A stretch of 64,000 nt of DNA from a phage: NCBI GenBank assembly GCA_037431425.1, contig GCA_037431425.1_4129.1. One strand, given 5' to 3'. The notes below the pieces were generated by a model. The model did no database searches, had not been told where the DNA came from, and saw only the letters and a list, made by a program, of their open reading frames with translations. Positions 41,759-51,663 of the stretch are shown here, one piece after another. Position 1 is the first letter of the stretch; each line of letters opens with the position of its first letter. The position numbers were made by a program, and so were the translations under genes.

Positions 41759-42163
41759 ATGTTGAAAATTCCACAACAGGCATTATCTATACTAATTGAA
41801 AATGGTGTAATATTTTCTGAAGGATGTAGTTCATTCTATACATGTGATGTGGACCAGTACACATTTGAATACCGTTCATTTAAAAATACATTGAGTGTTT
41901 CGTGTGAAGCTTCTGACAACATTGTACTTGTTGTTTCTTTCTATGGTGTACCAAAATTCTTCATTGATATATATTATGATTCTTTTAAGATACAAACATA
42001 CGACCATTTTCTTGGTGAAGTGCTCTTGCAAATGCCAATTGAACATGTTACTATAAATGAAGATATGTTCTTTCAGCTATCTACGGTATATGATATGTGT
42101 GGTTTGACATTTGACAACATTAATGGTATTTTTGAAATTGCCAGAACCCTACGAGGAAGATGA
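41759..42163 (+). CDS. CtFQ-family small protein
   Basis: 134 aa; motif NEDMFFQLSTVYDM. Confidence 0.6.
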   Translation: MLKIPQQALSILIENGVIFSEGCSSFYTCDVDQYTFEYRSFKNTLSVSCEASDNIVLVVSFYGVPKFFIDIYYDSFKIQTYDHFLGEVLLQMPIEHVTINEDMFFQLSTVYDMCGLTFDNINGIFEIARTLRGR

Positions 42164-42164
42164 T

Positions 42165-42572
42165 ATGGTCAAAATTTTAAGTGACAATACAGTTGATATT
42201 GTTATTGATGTACTTGAAAACAGTAATACATTTGAGAAGAAACACAGTACTGTATACTTCGGTAAAGATTGTTGGCTGAACTATACATCTGATAGTTCAT
42301 TTATAATTCATGTTGAAAAGGGTGATATTGGATTAACGATACATGCTTCCTATAATAAAACAATCACTGTTATTGCCAACAAGCCAAGTTCTTCTGATTT
42401 CTGGGATATTATTGATGATTGTGATCATTTCATGTCAACATTCTATAAAACAGAAGAAGAACATTTCATGGATAGTACTGTTCGAGAATTACAAATTCCA
42501 TTTAAATTAATGAAAGCGGCAAGGGATTTTATTTCAAAATACAAAAAAACAGGAGTATGTGATGCAATTTAA
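42165..42572 (+). CDS. CtFQ-family small protein
   Basis: motif EEEHFMDSTVREL; ATG 42165 directly after upstream stop. Confidence 0.55.
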   Translation: MVKILSDNTVDIVIDVLENSNTFEKKHSTVYFGKDCWLNYTSDSSFIIHVEKGDIGLTIHASYNKTITVIANKPSSSDFWDIIDDCDHFMSTFYKTEEEHFMDSTVRELQIPFKLMKAARDFISKYKKTGVCDAI

Positions 42573-43023
42573 TGGTAATGTTTCTAAAGTTGCTTTAGTA
42601 TTTGAAAATTGTGAGTGTGTGTATATTGATGTAAAGGATGTTTTATGGATGCATATTGGTGATGAGAAGACACTTTGTAGTCGTTTTTCGAATGGACTGA
42701 CAATTAGTACTGGTATTGGTGAGTTTGGAATTGCGTTACGTAGTAATACTCCAGCGGATTTTATGGACAATACCACACTGTTGGAACGTTTAAAAATGCG
42801 TGACGTTACACATGTTTATCTATATGATAATCAAGACGTAGAACGTCATTATGTTGTTGAATGGGCTGATTATAACATGAATGGGCAATATTCCGTAAAC
42901 CAGCGTGTACAAATTACACCAGGTGGTAATATTGTATTTGTTAGTACAACAGGTAAATTAATCAACGTAGATGATAAAAATATCGATCTATTTACGTCAT
43001 ACGATAGTTATAATTTGAGGTGA
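42562..43023 (+). CDS. hypothetical protein
   Basis: 153 aa from ATG 42562; RBS AGGAG. Confidence 0.55.
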   Translation: MQFNGNVSKVALVFENCECVYIDVKDVLWMHIGDEKTLCSRFSNGLTISTGIGEFGIALRSNTPADFMDNTTLLERLKMRDVTHVYLYDNQDVERHYVVEWADYNMNGQYSVNQRVQITPGGNIVFVSTTGKLINVDDKNIDLFTSYDSYNLR

Positions 43024-43027
43024 TATT

Positions 43028-43390
43028 ATGAACTTGTGGATATTTACACTTATTTGTTGTATTACTATTGTACTTTGTCGTCTAATTCATGTATACTCAT
43101 ATCATAAAGCGTTACGTATTGAGCAAGAGACTTACTTAAAAAAACAGCCACCGAAGAAGTTACCATCACCGTATGGGTTGAAACGTGAAATGCACTCCAA
43201 AAGCAAAGAGTGGGGATATGCAATCACAAAAAATGGGTATATTTACACAGCGAGTAATGGTTATTTTCAAATTCACCACAAATTAGAGGTAGCAGTTAAG
43301 ATTTTGTGGGAAATGGAGGATATTGGTGGTTATGAGCGTACTAAGTTTGAATACATATCAGATGATCCAGGAACTTCGCGAGAAACATGA
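43028..43390 (+). CDS. membrane-anchored hypothetical protein
   Basis: 120 aa; N-terminal TM. Confidence 0.55.
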   Translation: MNLWIFTLICCITIVLCRLIHVYSYHKALRIEQETYLKKQPPKKLPSPYGLKREMHSKSKEWGYAITKNGYIYTASNGYFQIHHKLEVAVKILWEMEDIGGYERTKFEYISDDPGTSRET

Positions 43391-43424
43391 TATAATTATC
43401 GATGTTGAGAAGAAGGAAGTTGTT

Positions 43425-43535
43425 ATGAAAAAGCAAGAATATCGCATATTAGATAACTTCCGTCTAAAATCATTTATAATGAAGTTCTGTACAGATGAAC
43501 ATCTTACTGGACGAGCAATACGTAAGGAGTTGTAA
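43425..43535 (+). CDS. small hypothetical protein
   Basis: ATG 43425 after GAAGGAAG RBS; alternative start 43362. Confidence 0.35.
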   Translation: MKKQEYRILDNFRLKSFIMKFCTDEHLTGRAIRKEL

Positions 43536-43536
43536 A

Positions 43537-43878
43537 ATGAACTTAAGTTCAACAATTCAGTTTTTGAGCAATAACTTTGATAGGATCATATCTCGCGGTG
43601 GGATGATTGTACATCCAGATACAGACGAAATGTATATCATTGGATTTGATAAAAATTCTTATGATCAAGTGCTTGTAATTTCAAAGTTAGAAAGTTATAA
43701 TGAAGTCGTTCAGTTTTGTTGTACCGAATTTGGTATATACATTAAAGATGCTGAAACAAATACGATTTCACATTATTTTTATCACACACTGATGGGTACT
43801 AAAGACTTCGGATTAAAGTTTGATGATTTAGTACAATGTCATTATATGTTTAAAACCTTCCCTGTTAGTGGACACTAA
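43537..43878 (+). CDS. hypothetical protein
   Basis: ATG 43537 after AAGGAG RBS; track start 43495. Confidence 0.55.
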   Translation: MNLSSTIQFLSNNFDRIISRGGMIVHPDTDEMYIIGFDKNSYDQVLVISKLESYNEVVQFCCTEFGIYIKDAETNTISHYFYHTLMGTKDFGLKFDDLVQCHYMFKTFPVSGH

Positions 43879-43892
43879 GGAGTGTATCAAAT

Positions 43893-44678
43893 ATGAACAA
43901 CATTTTCTTCAAAACTATTTCTTTCAAAAAAGAATCTTACTCATATTCCTATGTTGATGGTAATGTGCTTAATATTGTTCTGAATGGGGTAGATGTTCCT
44001 GTGAAATTCGACTCACATGAAGAAGCAGTCGATGGGGCAAAAGAATTGAATTCAATTCTCAATGGTGAAGATAGTCAAAAACAAAAGGTAAAATCCGATT
44101 TAGATGCACTTTTGGAAAAAATCAAAAGTGGTGAAGTTCTTGAAATTTTAGAAAACTGTAATGAAAAACTACGTAAAGTAGTCAATGATGTTCATGACCA
44201 GATTCAAGAAAAAGCACTAGACCAAGCCTTTAAACATGTATCTAAAAAAGCTGAATCACGTATTGATAATATGGTCAAAAACATTGATGATGTACTTTCA
44301 CATCTCTTTACCAAAGAATACGAATGTAACACAGACGAGCCAGTTACTGAATCTAAAAAAGAAAAACGCAACTTTGGTTCAAGTGATGATGTATTTGGTT
44401 TTTCTAATGTACGAACAAGTGCAGATGAACCAAAGGAAATCAGTGAGATGCTCATTGGTGACATGACAACAAAACAACTTCGTAATGAAATTGACAAGTT
44501 TGTTACTACATCTATCAAATCTGAACGTGCACAAAATATGTTCAAAAGTATCAGTGCTAATTTTGGTACTGAAGCCACCGAACAAGCACTAAATGCATTT
44601 AAAGAATTGATTTATAATGTTGCCATTCGCAATCCAGAAAAAACACTCGAAGAAGTCCTACGAGAAAATTTCAAATAA
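43893..44678 (+). CDS. hypothetical coiled-coil protein
   Basis: 261 aa; RBS AAGGAG. Confidence 0.6.
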   Translation: MNNIFFKTISFKKESYSYSYVDGNVLNIVLNGVDVPVKFDSHEEAVDGAKELNSILNGEDSQKQKVKSDLDALLEKIKSGEVLEILENCNEKLRKVVNDVHDQIQEKALDQAFKHVSKKAESRIDNMVKNIDDVLSHLFTKEYECNTDEPVTESKKEKRNFGSSDDVFGFSNVRTSADEPKEISEMLIGDMTTKQLRNEIDKFVTTSIKSERAQNMFKSISANFGTEATEQALNAFKELIYNVAIRNPEKTLEEVLRENFK

Positions 44679-44690
44679 TTAGATAAAAGT

Positions 44691-44720
44691 AAAGCCACTA
44701 CTTTCGTAGTGGCTTTTTTA
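44691..44720. terminator. bidirectional intrinsic terminator between convergent genes
   Basis: AAAGCCACTAC-tttc-GTAGTGGCTTT with T-runs on both sides. Confidence 0.7.
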
Positions 44721-45875
44721 TTATGCGTTATAACCAACAATAACGACAGTACAATCAATTGGATTTACTACTTTAACAGTTACGTTATCATCTTCATCAA
44801 ACTGTATTTCGCTATGAACTACCTGTTTGGTTGAAGAATACAATTGAACTTGTGGTAATACTTTACCATGTTCAGTAACTGGAATAGATAGTGAATACAT
44901 AGAGTCTTCATCTTCTACCCAATCACTCTCCACATATTCCTTATGGAATGGGGTGGTGTGTAGTGTTTTGCCCATAATACGCAAAGACACAGGCGAATTA
45001 TCGCTTTGGTTCACTGTAATATCACCTTTATCATCAACAGACATATCAACACCTATTTGGTGTAAATCATCGCTATATGCTTGGAGAACTAATTTATTAC
45101 CACGTTTATGAACATCATATGGTACGACCGCAGAAAAAACTCCATCACCTGATGGTTGGAATTGCGTCAATTGAACCGGAGTAACATAATCAACATCCTC
45201 GCCGTGTTCTTGAACATCAAATTCAACAACTTTAGTGTTATAATATGGGGAAGTTAATGTGGCAGTACCTTTGCCTTTTTGTTGAATAGCATCTACTTGA
45301 ATCGTAAACTCATCATCAACAATTTGTTTAGTGACGTATTCTTTCCCTTCTGGTAATACAAATTTAATTTCCATGCCATTGGTATCAATTTCAGAACCAG
45401 CATTGAATAGTTTACCACTAATTGATTTATCACCAACAAATACTGGTGAAATAATAATATTATCAATATCCCTATCAATAATACTACATTCTGGGGTATA
45501 CATATTATAAAGAGATTTTGAATTTCCTAAAATAGTTTTGTGTAGTAGGAATTTATAAACAAATCCAGTATCTGCCTCTTGCTGCTCATTAGTGTGTCCA
45601 CGAACAAAGAAACTGTTTCTATTAATTTCACTTAATAGTTCATCATTAGATTTACTATAATTTAGCAGATAACCTTTATTATCTTTAGTTGTTAGTTGGA
45701 CTTTACGGTAAATTATATTAGTTCTTGGGTCAACCAAATCATATAATTTGTGACTTCTCTGACGATAGATTCTAATATTTTTAAGTTTAGTTCCGTCATT
45801 AAGTATCGCTCCATCAACGACATAACCACATTCGCCAAACTTGTATCTACCTGCTGACGCTATAGACCTTGACAT
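44721..45875 (-). CDS. hypothetical protein (only confident minus-strand gene)
   Basis: 384 aa ORF; protein-like composition; flanked by terminator and AT-rich divergent promoter region. Confidence 0.65.
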   Translation of the reverse strand: MSRSIASAGRYKFGECGYVVDGAILNDGTKLKNIRIYRQRSHKLYDLVDPRTNIIYRKVQLTTKDNKGYLLNYSKSNDELLSEINRNSFFVRGHTNEQQEADTGFVYKFLLHKTILGNSKSLYNMYTPECSIIDRDIDNIIISPVFVGDKSISGKLFNAGSEIDTNGMEIKFVLPEGKEYVTKQIVDDEFTIQVDAIQQKGKGTATLTSPYYNTKVVEFDVQEHGEDVDYVTPVQLTQFQPSGDGVFSAVVPYDVHKRGNKLVLQAYSDDLHQIGVDMSVDDKGDITVNQSDNSPVSLRIMGKTLHTTPFHKEYVESDWVEDEDSMYSLSIPVTEHGKVLPQVQLYSSTKQVVHSEIQFDEDDNVTVKVVNPIDCTVVIVGYNA

Positions 45876-45933
45876 TTATCCTTCCTTTGTTATAATTATT
45901 ATAACATATTTATTGTATAGATTAAAAAAATGA

Positions 45934-45962
45934 TTGACACGTGTAAGAAAAACTGATACTAT
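45934..45962 (+). promoter_or_regulatory. putative sigma70-type promoter (TTGACA-17-TACTAT)
   Basis: exact -35, weak -10. Confidence 0.35.
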
Positions 45963-45992
45963 AACATTTAATTATTAAGTGAGGATTTTTGT

Positions 45993-46577
45993 ATGAATGT
46001 TATTGAAGATAGATTAGTACTGAAAAATGGAAAAATGACTGTTAAGTTATATAAAGACGAAGCTGATTCATTCATGGCAAAAGCTATTGAAAAATCAGAA
46101 CGATATAAATTATTAGCACCTGCTAGTAAATCACCGTATGGTTTTAATCATGCCCATAGTCATTTTGTAGGAATGGTTTGTGAACATGCATCTTTAGTTC
46201 TTTTTAATGAAATTGAAAATAATACTGGTATTAAACTTAATATTGATCCTGCATTTCAAAATGATGCACGCGATGGGGAGTGTGATATTAAGGTAAACAA
46301 CCTTCGTATAGAAGTAAAAGGTATTAAGTATAAATCATGGACCGACTTTGGACCGTGTGTCAGCACTCGACAGTTGAAAAATATCCAAAAAAAAGCTGAC
46401 GTAATACTATGGGTATTGTATAATGAGAAAAAACAAGAGTTCACGTTTGAGGGTTTCAACTATGTGAAAGATATTAGTTCTATCCCAGTTGTGCTCACGG
46501 GTGTCCCAGGGCGACCAATGATTGAAAATCATCCAGTACTGAGTATTATCAAACCACTTCAGGAGTTACCGTTATGA
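45993..46577 (+). CDS. hypothetical protein, possible PD-(D/E)xK nuclease fold
   Basis: 194 aa; D...ECDIKV...EVKG arrangement; RBS GTGAGGA; tentative. Confidence 0.55.
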   Translation: MNVIEDRLVLKNGKMTVKLYKDEADSFMAKAIEKSERYKLLAPASKSPYGFNHAHSHFVGMVCEHASLVLFNEIENNTGIKLNIDPAFQNDARDGECDIKVNNLRIEVKGIKYKSWTDFGPCVSTRQLKNIQKKADVILWVLYNEKKQEFTFEGFNYVKDISSIPVVLTGVPGRPMIENHPVLSIIKPLQELPL

Positions 46578-46801
46578 TTACAGCCACTGTATACCAAGAT
46601 ATCAATGAAGAGTTTAATTCCAAAATTGCATTTTTACAATTCCCAGTTATCCCACCAGTTGGGGCAACATTAAATCTAACCATTTGTGGGTTTGAAAAAT
46701 ATTACGAAATTCTAGATATTGAGTACTGTGCTGATGTGTATTCATGTAATAGTGAATTTGCCATTCCGGTATCAATCGATATTATCGTTAAAGAGGTTTA
46801 A
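46574..46801 (+). CDS. hypothetical protein
   Basis: 75 aa; overlapping start/stop. Confidence 0.5.
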   Translation: MITATVYQDINEEFNSKIAFLQFPVIPPVGATLNLTICGFEKYYEILDIEYCADVYSCNSEFAIPVSIDIIVKEV

Positions 46802-46804
46802 AAT

Positions 46805-47260
46805 ATGTTTAAAAATTTTATTGTTATTGTAGCAGTACTGTTTGGTGCATCATGTTTTATTACACCAGTACATGCAGAAGAACAACGTCAAACTATTAAA
46901 ACTATTGGTACTGGTAAAACACCACCTAAACGTACTGCGGAAGAATACATGCCGGAAATCCGTGAGCGTTATCGCCAGACATACAGGGAAAAACATGCAA
47001 ATGACAAACCAATCAAAAAGCACAAATGGGAAGTAGTTAAATCCCCTTCATTTTGTGCTGGTTATGCGAAGGTAAAGGTTGAACAACACAACAACCAGTA
47101 CTATAAGGATATGTATTACTTCTATGACTCCAGAATTTCTGACACTGATTTGATGGCAGGGAAGGTTGATAAAGAAGAATTTCTTCAAGGTTATGATATG
47201 ATGGACGATGCTAAGATCATGGAGTGTGTAGATGTGTATGAAAAATATAGAGGGTTCTAA
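46805..47260 (+). CDS. secreted protein (signal peptide)
   Basis: 151 aa; hydrophobic N-terminus with VHA-EE cleavage-like site. Confidence 0.55.
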   Translation: MFKNFIVIVAVLFGASCFITPVHAEEQRQTIKTIGTGKTPPKRTAEEYMPEIRERYRQTYREKHANDKPIKKHKWEVVKSPSFCAGYAKVKVEQHNNQYYKDMYYFYDSRISDTDLMAGKVDKEEFLQGYDMMDDAKIMECVDVYEKYRGF

Positions 47261-47721
47261 TGATACTACTAGTATTATTATCAAGCCCGTTTGCTTATTT
47301 TATTCTGTATAATATTTTTAGTAATGCTCATCATTTTAAATACGCACAAACAATTGCAAAACATGAAGGATGGTGGCATTTTTTTCCAGCACTACTGTGT
47401 TCATATATGTTCAATGAACGCTATTTTATTTTTCCAGAATATACAAAGTACTATTATGATACTAAAATAAATGGCATAATTGAGTACTGTCTACGTAATT
47501 ATCTGAACAATACAGATAATGTTAAAGTGAATTTATTAAATGGAAATTCACCAAGAATAGTCTTTACATCTTACATAGAAGACCCCATTTACTTATATCT
47601 ATATGATTATAGTATTTCGGTTCGTTGTTCTATGCGTAGTAGTTGTGAGTACTTTATCTTACTACCTACACAAATAAGATTAATAGAAAAATACTTGAAA
47701 TTGATTGACAAAAAAGATTAG
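47260..47721 (+). CDS. membrane-anchored hypothetical protein
   Basis: 153 aa; N-terminal hydrophobic segment. Confidence 0.5.
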   Translation: MILLVLLSSPFAYFILYNIFSNAHHFKYAQTIAKHEGWWHFFPALLCSYMFNERYFIFPEYTKYYYDTKINGIIEYCLRNYLNNTDNVKVNLLNGNSPRIVFTSYIEDPIYLYLYDYSISVRCSMRSSCEYFILLPTQIRLIEKYLKLIDKKD

Positions 47722-47765
47722 TAGGGTTATAATCATAAGACTAACCGACAAAAGAGGAACTGAAA

Positions 47766-48224
47766 ATGGACGTATTGGCTACCAATTTCAAACGTAACAC
47801 AGAAGAGCGTGAAGGATACCTTAGTATTAGCGATGTAGTTGATGATAACTTCAAACAATACATTTTTAATAGTGCGATTAAGTTAAAATGCACAAAGGAT
47901 GCACCAGACCGTAGTTTTACTAAATGGATTGCATATTGGGAAGATTCACCAATTGCAATTGAAATGACAGTTATTACAACAGTTCTGGAAACGGGATATA
48001 TCAAAGCTATTGTAGTTGATAAGAAAGTCAGATCTCTTGATGAAATTAACCCATATCCAGCCCGAAATTCTAAAGTTTTTGGGTTTTTGGTTGAAGGTAA
48101 GTTTATGATTGAAAAAGATGCAAAAGAATATGTAATTAATATGCTACAAACACCAACCGAGAAAAAAAAGGTCGTTGACCAGAATGCTATTGATTCCATC
48201 AAGAAAGCATGGGGACTTAAGTAA
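47766..48224 (+). CDS. hypothetical protein
   Basis: 152 aa; RBS AAGAGGAA; preferred over low-complexity antisense ORF 47741-48202. Confidence 0.6.
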   Translation: MDVLATNFKRNTEEREGYLSISDVVDDNFKQYIFNSAIKLKCTKDAPDRSFTKWIAYWEDSPIAIEMTVITTVLETGYIKAIVVDKKVRSLDEINPYPARNSKVFGFLVEGKFMIEKDAKEYVINMLQTPTEKKKVVDQNAIDSIKKAWGLK

Positions 48225-48225
48225 C

Positions 48226-48648
48226 ATGTTCACACTAAGTAATACAAAATATCTTTTTCTTATTAGTATTATTGGTTGGGTTATGGCTCCAGTGCTTAAT
48301 GCACTGGGGATTCCAGAGGAACACAAACTTGTCAATATTTCAGGTTTAATCCAAGCTATTTCGTGGTATTCATTAATCATATTTTTTGTGTGTATTAACA
48401 CATTTGCACGCGAGTATCGACGCTTACTTTATTTTAAAGTTTTCGGAACCACATACTATAGTTTTCTTTATACATTTATTTTAGTTCCATGTGTAGTATA
48501 TGCCTTTGTTTTTGATTACTATACATATATGTGGGTGTGTAGTACAATGTTTGTTATGTTAGAATATACAAGAACTATTCAAAACTCATATGCAGAAGAG
48601 TTTCATGATCAAGAAGTCAAACGCAAATTAACGGAGCTAAACAAATGA
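48226..48648 (+). CDS. integral membrane protein
   Basis: multiple TM helices; ATG 48226 right after upstream stop (track start 48175). Confidence 0.55.
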   Translation: MFTLSNTKYLFLISIIGWVMAPVLNALGIPEEHKLVNISGLIQAISWYSLIIFFVCINTFAREYRRLLYFKVFGTTYYSFLYTFILVPCVVYAFVFDYYTYMWVCSTMFVMLEYTRTIQNSYAEEFHDQEVKRKLTELNK

Positions 48649-49070
48649 GAGTATATAATAAAATTTGTATTTTTGTATTTTTAGTTTGTGCGTTCAATTC
48701 CTTTGGCTACTACTGCAACGAAAACAATATTTCATATGGATTAAATCCTTTGTGGTTTTCAATTTCAAATGTAGCTCAAACTGGTATTGCTATTATGTCT
48801 GCCCTTATGTTCTTTCCAATAGTTACGATGGATACTGATTATGAAAGGCTTGGATTTATCCGTGATACTGGTGACGAACCTTACAGTAGATTGATTGTGT
48901 TGTATCCATTTATTGTTATATTAGGTACTAATATCCAACTTGGGTCTTTATCTAATAGTCTTACTTCAGCAGTCATTACCATCTTTGCATTCATATTTTT
49001 TATGGTACACAAATCAGTACTTAAATGGCACATCACTCAATTGGCAGAGAAGGGTACAGAAATCAGTTGA
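48645..49070 (+). CDS. integral membrane protein
   Basis: 141 aa, about 4 TM helices. Confidence 0.55.
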   Translation: MRVYNKICIFVFLVCAFNSFGYYCNENNISYGLNPLWFSISNVAQTGIAIMSALMFFPIVTMDTDYERLGFIRDTGDEPYSRLIVLYPFIVILGTNIQLGSLSNSLTSAVITIFAFIFFMVHKSVLKWHITQLAEKGTEIS

Positions 49071-49129
49071 CGTGATGTATCGAGTCATATATAATTATTA
49101 CATCAAAACGATCAAATGGTAAGGAACTT

Positions 49130-49381
49130 ATGAACATTGATAAGGTCAAAGAACTTAGTGCAGCACTAATTAAGAACGAAGAAGTATGTGAAGAACTTCG
49201 CAGTACTATCAAAGTGGAGTATGCACGTCTTCAAGCTATGCTTCAGGAGTCAGAATGGGTTGTAACGAAATCTATCGAATCCATCTATAAGGATATCGAA
49301 TCTCTTTTTAACAAGAAAAGTAAAATCGAATCTGATTCATATAACAAACGCAAAGAATTAAATTCAGTACTTGGAATCTAA
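49130..49381 (+). CDS. hypothetical protein
   Basis: 83 aa; RBS AAGGAA. Confidence 0.5.
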   Translation: MNIDKVKELSAALIKNEEVCEELRSTIKVEYARLQAMLQESEWVVTKSIESIYKDIESLFNKKSKIESDSYNKRKELNSVLGI

Positions 49382-49458
49382 AAAAAAGTATTTGACATAA
49401 AACAAAATATGGAGTACAGTGTGCTCCATATTTAATTATAAGATAAAAGGAAACCGTT

Positions 49459-49728
49459 ATGAAATCTATTCTCGTTGCAGTTAACCAGATTGCTTCTCCA
49501 TCTTTCAACTTCAAACAAGCTGTTGCTGATAAATTGAAGAAAATCTGCCCCAACGCTGAATTAACGTTCTGTGTGTTTGATTCTGAAAAAGTATCAACGG
49601 TTGATCTAAACTATATCATCAACGACATTAAAAGCATTTCAGGCGAAAGTAATTTAAACTTACTAAATGAGATTGCTGATGATTATGATCATACACTAGT
49701 AATTTCGGAGAAATATTCAATCAAATGA
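49459..49728 (+). CDS. hypothetical protein
   Basis: 89 aa; RBS AAGGAAA. Confidence 0.55.
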   Translation: MKSILVAVNQIASPSFNFKQAVADKLKKICPNAELTFCVFDSEKVSTVDLNYIINDIKSISGESNLNLLNEIADDYDHTLVISEKYSIK

Positions 49729-50144
49729 TTAGATTACTTCAGTACTTAATCATTAAATTTTTTGGCTGTCATACAATTGAAGGAAAAGCTACACTTGCAC
49801 ATAAAATTTTTGTAGCATTGTGTACAGGTGATTATGACGTATTGAATAAGTACTGTAAATCTCAAGCATGTATTGATATAATGGCACTTCGTATCTATGA
49901 GTGTCAATTCAATAGATATAATTTTTACCAGTACAGATATGATAAACAAGAATTTGATAGTTTTGGAATGTTAAAAAATTTATGCAACAATAAAAAGAAT
50001 ATGCATATATCTGAATTTATTGCTTTGTATTTTTATTTAAAAAGTTCATTGTTCATGAACACGAGTCAACTTTTTGATACTAGATTTAATGCATTCAAAG
50101 GTGAAGAATTTTACATATATAATAAATTCTTAGATAAGGTTTAA
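49725..50144 (+). CDS. hypothetical protein
   Basis: 139 aa. Confidence 0.5.
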   Translation: MIRLLQYLIIKFFGCHTIEGKATLAHKIFVALCTGDYDVLNKYCKSQACIDIMALRIYECQFNRYNFYQYRYDKQEFDSFGMLKNLCNNKKNMHISEFIALYFYLKSSLFMNTSQLFDTRFNAFKGEEFYIYNKFLDKV

Positions 50145-50145
50145 T

Positions 50146-50643
50146 ATGACAACAGTTTACATTGATAAACGATTAAATTTATTGATTACTGATTCTAGAG
50201 TTACATTAACCATACCACGAAACTTATTTGGTATTTTCCCACTAAAACCAAAATATCAATATGAAGTTGTTAATCAAAAAACTTTATATGTACATGACCG
50301 TTTATTCAGTGCTAGTGGGACAATAAGTGAAATTGATAAAGTACTGAATTGGTTAATTAACAAAGAACCTGTTATACCGCACAAAAAACTAGGTTGTCAT
50401 TGTGTTCTACTATCCAAAGATTATATCATTCACATGAATATATCTAATGGTAAGTTCACTAAGAAACTTCAATATCTTCATGAAGACTATACATTCTTTA
50501 TGGGAAGTGGTGGAGAGTATATGGTAGATGCAGCAATACATGAAGACACTACGACTTTATGTAATAAAGTTTTTAGTACATTCATGGACGTTCATAACCA
50601 TGATTCTTTTACAGATAGTAATATTAATGTGTATAAATTTTAA
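50146..50643 (+). CDS. hypothetical protein
   Basis: 165 aa. Confidence 0.55.
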   Translation: MTTVYIDKRLNLLITDSRVTLTIPRNLFGIFPLKPKYQYEVVNQKTLYVHDRLFSASGTISEIDKVLNWLINKEPVIPHKKLGCHCVLLSKDYIIHMNISNGKFTKKLQYLHEDYTFFMGSGGEYMVDAAIHEDTTTLCNKVFSTFMDVHNHDSFTDSNINVYKF

Positions 50644-50664
50644 TTTCGTCAATAGGAGAAGTAG

Positions 50665-51630
50665 GTGAAAAAACTTGATTTGAATACAATTGCAGATGAA
50701 GTTCTGGATGAATGCTTTGGTAATGAAGAAGTGAATACGCTGGATGCGTTAGAACCAGTTCAAGAAAAAGATAACATTGACGAGAAAAATAATGGTAATT
50801 TCAAGTTTAATATTAGTCTTAAGCGACCAGCAAATGTAACAAATGAAGATATTATTCGTGATATTCAAGCAGGTATTAACGTAAAGAAAAATACTGAACT
50901 ATTAGTTCGTTATAATTACGGTTTGATTATTGATGTTGCAAGTAAATGCACGTGTTATATTCCATTTGAAGATAAGATTTCATATGGCATTGAGGGATTC
51001 ATGCGAGCATTAAAAACATTTGACCTTAGTAAGAATGTAAAGTTCGCTACGTATGCATCGTCAAGTATCTATATGACTGTATACAATGAAAGCTCAGATG
51101 CTAATCATCTGGTCCACTTCCCTCGTTACATGAGTGTTAATAAGATACAAGTGAAACGCTTCTGTCATAATTATGAGCGTCAGCATGGTTGTCGTCCTAC
51201 ACCTGAAATTATTTCTGAAGAGACTGGTATTGAAATCCAGCACGTTAAGAATTGTTTATTATTCCAAAGTGAATATACTTCACTGGATGCACCATTGGAT
51301 GGTGTTTCTGATGGGACGATGAGTGATATTCTGCATTCATCTGAAGGTGATTATAATCTTAATGTTGACAGTATTCGTGCACCGTTGCGTTATACCATCA
51401 ACGAACTAACTAATGAGTTGAGTGCTAAGGAATGTGAGATTATTCAACGTGTTCATGGATTAGGTGAATTTAATCCTGAAACACTACGTGAAATTGCTGA
51501 TAGTGGTTTTATTGATGACAATGGTAAGTGTGTAAAATCCAGATCTTCGGTTCATCGTAAATACAGTGATGCTCTTAAGAAACTCAAGAAATTAGTGCTC
51601 GCTAAAGGGTACGAATACGAAGATTTCTAA
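50665..51630 (+). CDS. RNA polymerase sigma factor, sigma-70 family (regions 2 and 4)
   Basis: 321 aa; GTG start after AGGAGAAG RBS; region 2-like FMRALKTFD...KFATYASSSI and region 4 HTH-like LREIADSGF...SRSSVHRKYSDALKKLKKL. Confidence 0.6.
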   Translation: MKKLDLNTIADEVLDECFGNEEVNTLDALEPVQEKDNIDEKNNGNFKFNISLKRPANVTNEDIIRDIQAGINVKKNTELLVRYNYGLIIDVASKCTCYIPFEDKISYGIEGFMRALKTFDLSKNVKFATYASSSIYMTVYNESSDANHLVHFPRYMSVNKIQVKRFCHNYERQHGCRPTPEIISEETGIEIQHVKNCLLFQSEYTSLDAPLDGVSDGTMSDILHSSEGDYNLNVDSIRAPLRYTINELTNELSAKECEIIQRVHGLGEFNPETLREIADSGFIDDNGKCVKSRSSVHRKYSDALKKLKKLVLAKGYEYEDF

Positions 51631-51636
51631 ATTGTA

Positions 51637-51663
51637 AAGGTTGGCATATGCCAACCTTTTTTA
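51637..51663 (+). terminator. intrinsic terminator
   Basis: AAGGTTGGCAT/ATGCCAACCTT palindrome followed by TTTTTT. Confidence 0.8.

Noticed and set aside
47741-48202. 153-codon minus-strand ORF
   Set aside because: Low-complexity Ser/Phe-rich translation, fully antisense to a well-formed plus-strand gene (47766-48224) with RBS
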